A DNA stretch of 64,000 nt from Candidatus Eiseniibacteriota bacterium. GTDB taxonomy: Bacteria; Eisenbacteria; RBG-16-71-46; DASYSL01. Of the stretch, positions 27,960-36,538 are shown in pieces; the stretch's first letter is position 1, and each line of letters opens with the position of its first letter. The stretch covers positions 15,764-79,763 of the forward strand of contig JANPEF010000061.1 of the NCBI GenBank assembly GCA_031431875.1. The letters run 5' to 3'. The translations under genes were made by a program, and so were the position numbers. A model generated the notes under the pieces. That model worked only from the letters and a program-made list of their open reading frames with translations. It ran no database searches and was not told the DNA's origin.

Positions 27960-28723
27960 CGGTAGCCAGCCTTGATGCGGCCCCACGTCGCCGGAACGGC
28001 CGGCGTGGGTGTCTCGTAGGTGATGGTGAGCGCGGGGCGGAGTGTGGGATCCGTCGATTCGCGGGAGTCGAACTTCTTGACCGTCTGCGCTATCGCCTCG
28101 TTGCCGCGCAGCAGCCAGCCGTGGTTGCTCGCAGGCTCGTCGAGCCACGCCTGCACGTCGGCGACCAGCCCGGGATTCGACGTCCACACGTAGGTTCCCG
28201 TTGCGTCGACCGCCAGCGTCGCGCTCGCCGCCGCCGCGAAGTCGCCCCCGGCCGCGGCCCAGAGGGATCCCGGGAAGAAGGTGTGCTTCCACGTTGCGTC
28301 GCCGGCCTGTGCCGGCGCGCCGCTGCCACCGGCGATCCCGGCGTCCGAGGCGCCCTCACCCCAGGCGGCGCTCGCGCGGTGCAACCCAACGTTCGCGGCT
28401 CCGGCACTCGTCTGGCTCATGATCAACTCAAGATCGACCGACAGGATCGTCGCGCCGTCGGGAATCGCCGCGGCCACGTTGAACCACAGCAACCCGCGGC
28501 GGATGCTGTTCGTGGCCTGGTTGTTGCGGCCGGCGAAAAAGCTGGTGCCCGCGCCGTTGCTGAGGGATCCAGTAGCGCTCTCGTAGAGCGTATTGTCTTT
28601 CGCCGCGCCGATGACCAGCGTCGTGCCGGCCCGCGCACCCGGAGCGGGAACGAGCAGGGCGACGAGGACGGCGACCAGCCGGGCCGCGGATCGGCCGCCG
28701 CGATGGGCGTGGAACGGGTTCAC
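27956..28723 (-). CDS. Secreted hypothetical protein (beta-rich; possible DNRLRE/choice-of-anchor-like domain, uncertain)
   Basis: GTG start with GAGGAG Shine-Dalgarno 6 nt upstream; signal peptide VNPFHAHRGGRSAARLVAVLVALLVPAPGARA; no catalytic motif recognised. Confidence 0.55.
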   Translation of the reverse strand: MNPFHAHRGGRSAARLVAVLVALLVPAPGARAGTTLVIGAAKDNTLYESATGSLSNGAGTSFFAGRNNQATNSIRRGLLWFNVAAAIPDGATILSVDLELIMSQTSAGAANVGLHRASAAWGEGASDAGIAGGSGAPAQAGDATWKHTFFPGSLWAAAGGDFAAAASATLAVDATGTYVWTSNPGLVADVQAWLDEPASNHGWLLRGNEAIAQTVKKFDSRESTDPTLRPALTITYETPTPAVPATWGRIKAGYR

Positions 28724-28889
28724 GAAATTCTCCTCGAATGGGGTCGCCGGCGACCGATCGGCAGGGGAAGGGCCGACGACGAGTATACAACGCCCCCCCT
28801 TGCGCCCGCACCTGTGGGCGGGGAGAATGCGGCGTCCGGCCGTAGGGCTCGCCGTCCGATCATCCACCCTCCAGCTGTTCTGGGGACCC

Positions 28890-30986
28890 ATGCGCGAAGA
28901 AGACCTGCTCCGCCTCGTCTGGATCACCGATCCGCAGATCGCACCCGCGGGGGATCGCATCGTGTTCGTGCGCGTCATCGTCGACGAGGCGAACGATCGC
29001 TACGCGACCTCCCTGTGGATCGCTGATGCCGCCCTTGGCCGGCCGCGGCCGCTCACCTTCGGGCCCGGCGATGCACAGCCCCGCTGGTCGCCCGACGGCA
29101 CGCGCCTCGCGTTCGTGCGCTCGCCCGAGCCCGGCCAGCCCGCACAGCTGTGGGTGATGCCCATGCGCGGCGGCGGCGAGGCCGTGCGGTTGACCGACCT
29201 GGTGAAGGGCGCGGGATCCCCGGCATGGTCGCCCGACGGCATGCAGATCGCGTTCACCAGCGGCACGAACCCCGAGCTCGACACGCCCGACGCGGAGGCG
29301 AAGAAGCCGAAGAACGCCCCCGGGCGGATCGTCGCGCGGCCCATGGTGAAGCTCGACAACGTGGGTGCGCTCGATCCCGAACACCAGGACCACGTGTGGG
29401 TGGTGGCACTCGCCGTCGACGGCGCCGCCGCTGGAGCGCCGCGCATGCTGACCTGCGGCCGCTTCAACGAGGACGCGCCCGAGTGGTCGCCCGACGGCGC
29501 GGGCGTCTGCTTCGTGAGCGATCGCCGGCTCGCACCGTGGTATGGCCTCGATGATGCGGACGTGTGGTCCGTCGCGGCCGACCGCACGGTCCCGACCGAG
29601 AGCGAGGTCACGCTCGTTGCAGACGTGGCGGGCACCATCGGCCGCTTCACGCTGGGCGCTGACGGTCGCGTGCTCGCGGTGGGGATGCTGACGCAGGAAC
29701 CGCCTCGCTCCTACGACCAGCCCGACGTGTTCGTGTGCGCGCCGCCGTTCCCGCAGCCCACGCCGCACGGGCTCACCCAGGCATACGAGTTCGAGGCGGG
29801 GGACTCGTCGATCTCCTCCGACCAGCACCCGCCCCGGGCGGGCGGCAGCGTTCCGCTGGCGTTCATCGAGGGTGGGGCCGCCGTGCTCACGGTGGTGGGG
29901 CGGCACGGCGCGTGCATCCTGGCGCGCATCGGCGCCGACGGTTCGGTGACCGAGCTCACGCCCGCCGATCGCGAGATCGTCTCGGGCACCGTGTCGGCCG
30001 ACGGGAAGTGCGCCGCGGTGATCGTCGGCTCACCGTCCCGGCCCGGGGTGCTTTGCGCCTGCGACGTGGCGAGCGGCGCGCTGACGCCGTTGTACGACCC
30101 GAACGAGGCACTGTTCACCGAATCGAAGCTGGGGAAGGTCGAGGAGGTCTGGTACCCGTCGTTCGACGGGCAGAAGGTCCAGGGCTGGGTGGTGACGCCG
30201 CCCGGGTTCGATCCCGCGCAGAAGTATCCGCTCGTGCTGCAGATCCACGGCGGTCCGCACGTGGCGTACGGCGTCGGCTTCTTCCACGAATTCCAGGTGC
30301 TCGCCGAGGCCGGCTATGTCGTCCTCTACGTGAACCCGCGTGGCTCGACGACGTACGGGCAGGAGTTCGGCAACGTGATCCAGTTCGAGTATCCAGGCGA
30401 CGACTGGAAGGACCTGATGGCCGGCGTCGACCTGCTGGTCGGCCGCGGCTTCATCGACGCGACGCGGATGGGCGTCACCGGCGGATCGGGCGGGGGGCTC
30501 CTGACCAACTGGACGGTGGTGAACACCGATCGCTTCGCCTGCGCGATCACGCAGCGCTGCGTCGCCGACTGGACGTCGTTCTGGTACGGGGCCGATTTCG
30601 CGCAGTTGACGAACTTCTGGTTCCGCGGCGCGCCCCACGAGGATCCGGCCGACTATGCGCGCCGCTCACCGCTGACGCACGCGGCCCGGGCGAAGACGCC
30701 GCTGCTCGTCGTCCACAGCGAGGACGACTGGCGGACGCCGATCGTTCAGGGGGAGGGGATGTTTCGCGCCATGCTTGCCCAGCGCGTGCCCACGGCGATG
30801 ATCCGCTTCCCGGGCGAGGGCCACGAGCTGTCGCGGAGCGGCGCGCCGTCGCGGCGGGTGCAGAACCAGCGCGTGATGCGCCGCTGGTTCGATCGCTGGC
30901 TCCAGGGCAAGGACGCGCCCGAGTTCGACGATCCGCTGGCCGCGGCACCGGCGCCGCTTCCGGCAGGGGCCCGCGCGAAGGGCTAG
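28890..30986 (+). CDS. S9-family serine peptidase (acylaminoacyl-peptidase-like), second copy, cytoplasmic or unprocessed N-terminus
   Basis: MREEDLLRLVWITDPQIAPAG...; propeller WSPDG repeats; catalytic GGSGGG (Ser), D and H in the C-terminal alpha/beta hydrolase. Confidence 0.8.
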   Translation: MREEDLLRLVWITDPQIAPAGDRIVFVRVIVDEANDRYATSLWIADAALGRPRPLTFGPGDAQPRWSPDGTRLAFVRSPEPGQPAQLWVMPMRGGGEAVRLTDLVKGAGSPAWSPDGMQIAFTSGTNPELDTPDAEAKKPKNAPGRIVARPMVKLDNVGALDPEHQDHVWVVALAVDGAAAGAPRMLTCGRFNEDAPEWSPDGAGVCFVSDRRLAPWYGLDDADVWSVAADRTVPTESEVTLVADVAGTIGRFTLGADGRVLAVGMLTQEPPRSYDQPDVFVCAPPFPQPTPHGLTQAYEFEAGDSSISSDQHPPRAGGSVPLAFIEGGAAVLTVVGRHGACILARIGADGSVTELTPADREIVSGTVSADGKCAAVIVGSPSRPGVLCACDVASGALTPLYDPNEALFTESKLGKVEEVWYPSFDGQKVQGWVVTPPGFDPAQKYPLVLQIHGGPHVAYGVGFFHEFQVLAEAGYVVLYVNPRGSTTYGQEFGNVIQFEYPGDDWKDLMAGVDLLVGRGFIDATRMGVTGGSGGGLLTNWTVVNTDRFACAITQRCVADWTSFWYGADFAQLTNFWFRGAPHEDPADYARRSPLTHAARAKTPLLVVHSEDDWRTPIVQGEGMFRAMLAQRVPTAMIRFPGEGHELSRSGAPSRRVQNQRVMRRWFDRWLQGKDAPEFDDPLAAAPAPLPAGARAKG

Positions 30987-30992
30987 AGGCCG

Positions 30993-31985
30993 CTAGGCAG
31001 CGCGGCGGGCGGGCGTCTCGACGCAGTTGCCGCCGTGCTGCCGCGCATCGCGCAGCACGCGCTCGGTCACCGCCCACAAGGTCTCGAGATCCACGCCGTC
31101 GCCCGGGAACGTGGCGACGCCGAACGTTGCCGACACGGCGCCCGCGGCGTGCGGTGCGAAGGCGTGGGTGGTGAGCGCGCTGCGCATGCGTGCGGCCACT
31201 TCGACCGCACCCTCGCGGCCGGTCTGCGGGAGCACGACCGCCGTCAGGCCGCCCGTGCAGCGGCCGACCAGGTCGATGTCGCGCACGTGCGATCCCAGGA
31301 GTTCCGCGACGTCCGCCAGAGTGCCCGCCGGCCAGGATTCGTCGCCGGCATCCGCCGCCGGATCGACCGCGACGAGGATCAGCGACAACTCCTGCCCGTG
31401 ACGATGGGCTCGCCGGATCTCCTTCTTGAGCGCGGCGCGCAGTGTGCGCTCGCCCACGGCATCCCCGTCGTCGGCCCTGGGTACACGTGCGGCGAGGCGG
31501 CGGCGTTCGAGCGCGGCGCCGAGCCACGCGGCGAGGAGGAGCATCGACTGCATCTCGCCTGCGGTGAAGCGGGCGCGGCCGCGACGGCGATGGACGGCGA
31601 GGTACGAAGGCTCGTGATCGGCCCGCGCGATCGGCACGAACAGCACGGGCCCGGCCTCGACGCCCGGGCAGCCGTCGCCCTCGGCATAGGCCGGTTGTTC
31701 GGACAGGTCGGCGAAGCTGATCGTCCGGGGTTCGGCCGCGAGGGCGCGCAGCGCCTCGCTGCCCTCCGGCGCGAGCGGCAGCACGGCCGGCAGGTCGCCG
31801 CCCGCGTGCAGAACCAGGCGCTCGGTCGGACGGCGCGACGACACGAGGACGACCGCGGCCGCATCGGCGTCGACGAGGGCGCCCGCGGTGCGCAGGGCGC
31901 GCGCGAGCAACTGCCCGCGCGTTCCGGGTGACGCCGGGTTCTCGAGTGCGAGCAGCAGTTCGTGGATCCGGTCGGCCTGGGCCAT
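30993..31985 (-). CDS. GAF-GGDEF diguanylate cyclase family protein (active site looks degenerate)
   Basis: AGGAGG Shine-Dalgarno before ATG 31985; N-terminal GAF-like region, C-terminal GGDEF-fold ...RCTGGLTAVVLPQTG..., but no intact GG(D/E)EF signature is readable by eye. Confidence 0.6.
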   Translation of the reverse strand: MAQADRIHELLLALENPASPGTRGQLLARALRTAGALVDADAAAVVLVSSRRPTERLVLHAGGDLPAVLPLAPEGSEALRALAAEPRTISFADLSEQPAYAEGDGCPGVEAGPVLFVPIARADHEPSYLAVHRRRGRARFTAGEMQSMLLLAAWLGAALERRRLAARVPRADDGDAVGERTLRAALKKEIRRAHRHGQELSLILVAVDPAADAGDESWPAGTLADVAELLGSHVRDIDLVGRCTGGLTAVVLPQTGREGAVEVAARMRSALTTHAFAPHAAGAVSATFGVATFPGDGVDLETLWAVTERVLRDARQHGGNCVETPARRAA

Positions 31986-32324
31986 TGCCCTTCCTCCTTG
32001 GCGACGCCGGACGGTCGGCGTCGAGGCAAGGAAGTGCAACCGCCATGCCAGCGAGGTCAGGTCGGGCACCGAACGCGCAGTGTGTTGTCCCGGTGTGCAT
32101 TGCGCTTGTCGCTTGCGATGTCAGGTGAGCCTGGCGGCTTTGCCACCAGGACAGGTGGCGTCGATTTGGCCACCCGGGGTGGGCGATTGACACCCGGTGC
32201 GGATGCTCCTATGCTCCTTGGGCTCGCCGATTCGAGCCCCCCACGAGCATCGTTCGCAGCACCGGGACTTCGGCCCGGTCCCCTGCCCCAGCCAGCAAAC
32301 TCACGGTTCCGTGGAGGCAGTCCC

Positions 32325-33035
32325 ATGAAGCGCTTGTCATTCCTGTCCGCGTTTGCCCTCTTGGCCGCGCCCGCCCTTGCCTTCGCCGCTCCGAATGCCG
32401 GCACCTACCAGACCACCGACCTCGGCGGCCAGCTCCTCACCGGGCGCGCCTCGTCGCACCGGACGGGGATCAACTCCGGCCTGCCGCATGTCCTGCACTC
32501 GCAGTCGTGGAACGGCTCGACGCTCGGCACGCAGTGGGAGTTGCGCTGCGCGGTCGAGAACGCCGCGTTCGGCATCCAGGACAACCGCGTCAACGGCACC
32601 GGCACCATCGTCTACAGCTCGACCTACACCGGCGGCCAGTTCGAGCTGTACAACACCGGCGGCGCCTGGGGTGACGGCGTGGCCGCGCTCGGAACGACGA
32701 GCATCATCTCGACCGTGCAGTTCGTGAACATCAACAACGTCTCGACGCCGGTCGCGTCGGTCGTCAATGCCAACACCTCGGGTGACTTCGGCGGCGGCTG
32801 CGTCCTCACCTTCGCGATCGCGAATGGCGTCGGCGTGGGCGAGACGACGAGCCTCGACGTTTCGATCCAGAAGCCGGCCGACTACCCGACGTTCCTCGCC
32901 GCCAACTGCGGCCTCGCCTTGCCCAACGAGCAGTTCGGCACGTGGGGCACCATGATCACCGGGACGCTGCGCATCGATTGCTCGGTCGACGCAACGACTT
33001 CGACCTGGGGCGCGGTGAAGAACATCTATCGCTGA
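32325..33035 (+). CDS. Secreted S/T/N/G-rich hypothetical protein, low-GC atypical composition
   Basis: GGAGG Shine-Dalgarno then ATG 32325; signal peptide MKRLSFLSAFALLAAPALAFAAP; ends ...TWGAVKNIYR; followed by a strong terminator. Confidence 0.5.
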   Translation: MKRLSFLSAFALLAAPALAFAAPNAGTYQTTDLGGQLLTGRASSHRTGINSGLPHVLHSQSWNGSTLGTQWELRCAVENAAFGIQDNRVNGTGTIVYSSTYTGGQFELYNTGGAWGDGVAALGTTSIISTVQFVNINNVSTPVASVVNANTSGDFGGGCVLTFAIANGVGVGETTSLDVSIQKPADYPTFLAANCGLALPNEQFGTWGTMITGTLRIDCSVDATTSTWGAVKNIYR

Positions 33036-33068
33036 TATGGCATGACCTCTTGTCAAGCTGGTCCACAC

Positions 33069-33102
33069 GCGACCACCGCTCCGGCGGTGGTCGCTGTGTT
33101 TT
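33069..33102 (+). terminator. Rho-independent terminator
   Basis: GCGACCACCGC-tccg-GCGGTGGTCGC (11-bp stem) followed by TGTGTTTTGG. Confidence 0.5.
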
Positions 33103-33330
33103 GGGGAGATGAGCTTCTGGAAGGACGGACGCGGAAGTCGCCGACGGCGTGTCACTCTGATATCCGCGGGTTGCCTCGAAGGATCGGGGCCGAGCCGCAT
33201 GACCGTAGTTCGTCGGGAGGTACCGCAGTCTAGCATCGTGAGTCGGTGGCTCCGGTGAACCGGAGTCCCGTCGCGTAGCGATATCGCGGGTTATCTCACG
33301 CATCATCCCCTCGTCCGTCCATCCTGAAGC

Positions 33331-34452
33331 TCAGCCTTGGGCCTTCGCGGCTTCCGGCCGGGCCAGTGCGGCCCAGAGGAAGCCGGCGAGCTCGCGAGCA
33401 ATCGCGATGACGATCTTGTTGCGGTGCTTGCCTCGAGCCTCCATCTGCCGGAATCGACGACAGAGCCGCTTCTGGGCCCGATCGGCCAGGGCAATCATGG
33501 CCGGCGGCTGGCCAAGCCGCCGGTTCGCCAGGTCCTTGCTGACCCGAGCCTTGTGGCGGTAGTTCCAGGAGCCTTCGATCAGAGTGCGGCGCACGTGCTG
33601 GTTGCCGGCGCGCGTGATCCCGCCGCGGCGATGATGATCTCCACTGCTGGCTTCCGAGGGCACGAGCCCGAGAAAGGCCATGAGCGAAGGAGCAGACGGA
33701 AACCTCCGAACGTCATGAAGCTCCGACAGCAAGATCATGGCGTTCACCGTGTCGATCCCGCGAAAGCAGCGGAGCCAACCGACTCGTTCGCGCCACGGCT
33801 CTCCCTGGGAGATCGCCAGGAGCTCGACATCGAGCGCGGAGCGCTGGGCCTCACGCTGCTCGACCGTGAGCAGGTAGTCCTCGAAGACGATCCGCTCGGA
33901 AGGGCGTTCGAACACCAGGCTCGTGAGCCAGGTCCGATGGGCCTGAGACCACGAGTGTGCTTGCCCCGTGCCGAAGACCAGCCCGTGCCGCAACAGGAAG
34001 TGCGTGAGGCGGTGACGCGCCCGCGTGAGATCGACGCGCGCATCGTCGCGGCAGCGGCACAGATCCCGTACCGCCTCCTCGTCAACGCTCGGAGGATGGA
34101 CTTCGGTCAGAAGCCCTGCGCGAAACAGCTCGGCCAGCTTGCGCGCATCCCTGCGATCGGTCTTGATGCGATCGCCCGGCCGAAGCGGCGTCAGGGACGG
34201 CGCGATCACCGTGCACTCGCAGCCCTGAGCGATCAGATCACGCTGAAGCACGTAACCGCAGGGTCCTGCTTCGTAACAGCAACGAACCGGTCCCTGCGCC
34301 TGGGCCTTGATGCGCTGGACCAACTTGCGGACTTGGGCCGCCTGGTTCGCGATCTGCCCATTCCACGGCTCCCGATCCTGGGGCTTGAGTACGCAAAACG
34401 AGATCGTGTTGCGATGGACATCCAGACCGACGATGGTGCTAGGCTCTTGCAC
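33331..34452 (-). CDS. IS110-family transposase (RuvC-like DEDD N-domain plus Tnp C-domain)
   Basis: GTG start with GGGAG Shine-Dalgarno; VGLDVHRNTISFCVL N-terminus, ...CCYEAGPCGY..., C-terminal ...GLVPSEASSGDHHRRGGITRAGNQHVRRTLIEGSW typical of IS110/IS1111 transposases. Confidence 0.8.
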   Translation of the reverse strand: MQEPSTIVGLDVHRNTISFCVLKPQDREPWNGQIANQAAQVRKLVQRIKAQAQGPVRCCYEAGPCGYVLQRDLIAQGCECTVIAPSLTPLRPGDRIKTDRRDARKLAELFRAGLLTEVHPPSVDEEAVRDLCRCRDDARVDLTRARHRLTHFLLRHGLVFGTGQAHSWSQAHRTWLTSLVFERPSERIVFEDYLLTVEQREAQRSALDVELLAISQGEPWRERVGWLRCFRGIDTVNAMILLSELHDVRRFPSAPSLMAFLGLVPSEASSGDHHRRGGITRAGNQHVRRTLIEGSWNYRHKARVSKDLANRRLGQPPAMIALADRAQKRLCRRFRQMEARGKHRNKIVIAIARELAGFLWAALARPEAAKAQG

Positions 34453-34600
34453 GGCCGGCTCCCTTCGTATGCGGCTCTGCTGCTTCAAGCAGCAAACCGC
34501 GTCAGAGTGGATCAAACCACCCGGTCGTTCCCGGGGTTCCTGGTTGGGAACGACGGTACGAACCGGGGGCCGGTCATGCCATAGGGTCTAGAGTCGGGGC
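34453..34600 (-). ncRNA. Structured 5' non-coding end of the IS110 element; candidate bridge/seek RNA region
   Basis: Several hairpins lie between the transposase start and the neighbouring gene stop: GCTGCTT-c-AAGCAGC, and GTCGTTCCC...GGGAACGAC (9-bp stem). Confidence 0.3.
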
Positions 34601-35320
34601 CTAGTCCGGCAGCGTCGAGACCTTGAACGGCGTCGGCGGAGACGAGGTGACGACCTTGCCGCCTTCGTCCCGGGCGTCCACGCGGACGAGCAGCGCCTGT
34701 CCCGCAACCGGACGGAAGTCGAGTTCGGAGGCCGGCACGTCGAGCGCCGAGTCGCCGCGCACGCTCCGGTATGCCAGCTCTTCGAGGCGGTCCGAGTAGA
34801 CGCGCACCTCGTAGGTGTCGGCGCCCGGAACCGCGTTCCACGAGACGTGCAATCCGTCGACATCGAGCCCGGCCGAGCGGACGCGCAGCATCGGCGCATT
34901 CGCATCGCTCGATCCGCCGCGCAGGACCTGCGATGGATCGTGCTCCGCATGGCGCGGCCACAGAACGACCCCGCCCACCACGATTGCCGCCACCACGAGC
35001 CCCAGCGCGGGCCGCAGTGCCGGCGCGAACAGCGCGGCCCACCACGAGGTGCGCGGCGTCGCGCGTAACGGCGCGTGGGGTGCAGGGTCGGGTTCGGAAG
35101 GCGCGCCGATCGTCCGCGCCAGGAACGCCGACAGCCGGGCGTCCGCCGCCGCGACGTCCGGCAGCGCGGCGTCGGCGCCGGGATCCATGAACCGGGCGTA
35201 GGCATCGAGCAGCGCGCCGCAGCGCGGGCACTGCGCGACGTGGGCGCGGCGCGGATCCGTCGCCGGCAGCTCGGCGACCGTGGCCAGTTCCTCGACCGGC
35301 ATGCAGGGCGTGACGGTCAC
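34601..35320 (-). CDS. Anti-sigma factor: zinc-finger N-domain, one transmembrane helix, periplasmic FN3-like domain
   Basis: GTG overlapping the sigma stop (GTGA), alternative ATG at 35302; CPRCGALLDAYARF zinc-finger anti-sigma motif; transmembrane segment WWAALFAPALRPALGLVVAAIVVGGVVLW. Confidence 0.6.
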   Translation of the reverse strand: MTVTPCMPVEELATVAELPATDPRRAHVAQCPRCGALLDAYARFMDPGADAALPDVAAADARLSAFLARTIGAPSEPDPAPHAPLRATPRTSWWAALFAPALRPALGLVVAAIVVGGVVLWPRHAEHDPSQVLRGGSSDANAPMLRVRSAGLDVDGLHVSWNAVPGADTYEVRVYSDRLEELAYRSVRGDSALDVPASELDFRPVAGQALLVRVDARDEGGKVVTSSPPTPFKVSTLPD

Positions 35321-35898
35321 GGCGTTCTCCCTGCGAGCGCGGTGCGGAGCTTGCGCCGGGCGCGCTGCAGGAGTGCGCGTGCCCCGGTCGCATTGTCGAG
35401 CCTCATCACGACCGTGATCTCCTCGACGGGCAGTCGCTCGAAGCAGCGCAGCCACAGCGCTTCCCGTTCCTCGGGATCGAGAGTGTCGGCAAGCAGCTGG
35501 CGCAACGCTATCTCATCCTGCAGCTCCCCCAGCATCCGTTCCGGGGTGCCGTCCGTCGCCGGCAGCGTCTCGAGCTCGACGTCGTCGTCGCGCAGCAGGC
35601 CCGGCGCCGCGAGTTCGTTCAGGCAACGATTGCGCGCGATCGCGAAAAGCCACGAGCCGAAGAGCGCCCGGCCCTGGAACGAGCCCAGGGCGCGCCACGC
35701 CCGCAGCAGCACCTCCTGCGCCAGTTCGAGCGCTCGTTCCGGATCCCGCACGTAGCGGTGACACCACACGTACACCCGACGCTGGTAGCGCCCGAGCAAC
35801 GCCGAAGCCGCGGCCCGCCCGCCCGCCCCGTCGGGATCGGCGGCGTGGCGGGCGAGGAACTCGTCGTCGGTCGGCTCGGGGCGCGGGGCCTCGCTCAT
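35317..35898 (-). CDS. ECF (sigma-70 family group 4) RNA polymerase sigma factor
   Basis: Region 2 (YVWCHRYVRDPERALELAQEVLLRAWRAL) and region 4 (LPVEEITVVMRLDNATGARALLQRARRKLR). Confidence 0.8.
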   Translation of the reverse strand: MSEAPRPEPTDDEFLARHAADPDGAGGRAAASALLGRYQRRVYVWCHRYVRDPERALELAQEVLLRAWRALGSFQGRALFGSWLFAIARNRCLNELAAPGLLRDDDVELETLPATDGTPERMLGELQDEIALRQLLADTLDPEEREALWLRCFERLPVEEITVVMRLDNATGARALLQRARRKLRTALAGRTP

Positions 35899-36088
35899 CG
35901 GATAGGAACGGCTCCAGGGCCGGAAATCACAGGCGGCGGGCCGGGACGGGGCAGGCGACCGGTAGCGGACAGCGTAAGCCGTGGCGCCGCAAACGGGAAG
36001 GGGCCCGTCCGGTTTCGCTTGTCGCGCCCGAAAGCGCCCCGTACCGTGCGGGTCGCGCGGCGCATCGTGCCGCCGCAGGGAGGACGCC

Positions 36089-36538
36089 GTGACCAATTCC
36101 GTGAACTGGATGCTCATCATCGTCGGGGCGCTCGCGCTCGTCGCCGAGGTCGTCCTCGGCGTCATCACCGGTTTCGACCTCGCGATCGTCGGCCTGGCGC
36201 TCATGGTCGGCGGCGGAATCGGGCTCGCCTTCGGGTCGGCCGAGGTCGGCCTGTTCGCCGCCGGCGCGTTCGCGTTCCTCTACCTCGCGTTCTTCCGCCG
36301 GCAGGTCAAGGCGCGGCTGGCCGCCGGGCCCGCCCGGCCGACGAACATCGACGTGGTGCTGGGCAAGAGCGGAATGGTGACCGAGCGGATCGGGCCGCAT
36401 GCGCCGGGAATGGTACGGGTCGGCGACGAACTGTGGCGCGCGGCGCTGCTGGACGAGGGCGCGGGCGCGATGGCGAAGGAACCCGGAACGACGGTGCTGG
36501 TGGACTCGGTCGAGGGCGTAACCCTTAAGGTGAGGTGA
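36089..36538 (+). CDS. NfeD-family membrane protein (short form with C-terminal OB-fold)
   Basis: GGGAGG Shine-Dalgarno then GTG; two transmembrane helices then an OB-fold; immediately upstream of and overlapping the SPFH gene, the canonical NfeD-stomatin pairing. Confidence 0.65.
   Translation: MTNSVNWMLIIVGALALVAEVVLGVITGFDLAIVGLALMVGGGIGLAFGSAEVGLFAAGAFAFLYLAFFRRQVKARLAAGPARPTNIDVVLGKSGMVTERIGPHAPGMVRVGDELWRAALLDEGAGAMAKEPGTTVLVDSVEGVTLKVR

Larger units (their letters stand above)
33106..34600 (-). mobile_element. IS110-family insertion sequence (approximate boundaries)
   Basis: A single DEDD-type transposase flanked by structured non-coding ends (225 nt downstream, 148 nt upstream); adjacent to an atypical-GC gene; no terminal inverted repeats seen, as expected for IS110. 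Confidence 0.6.
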
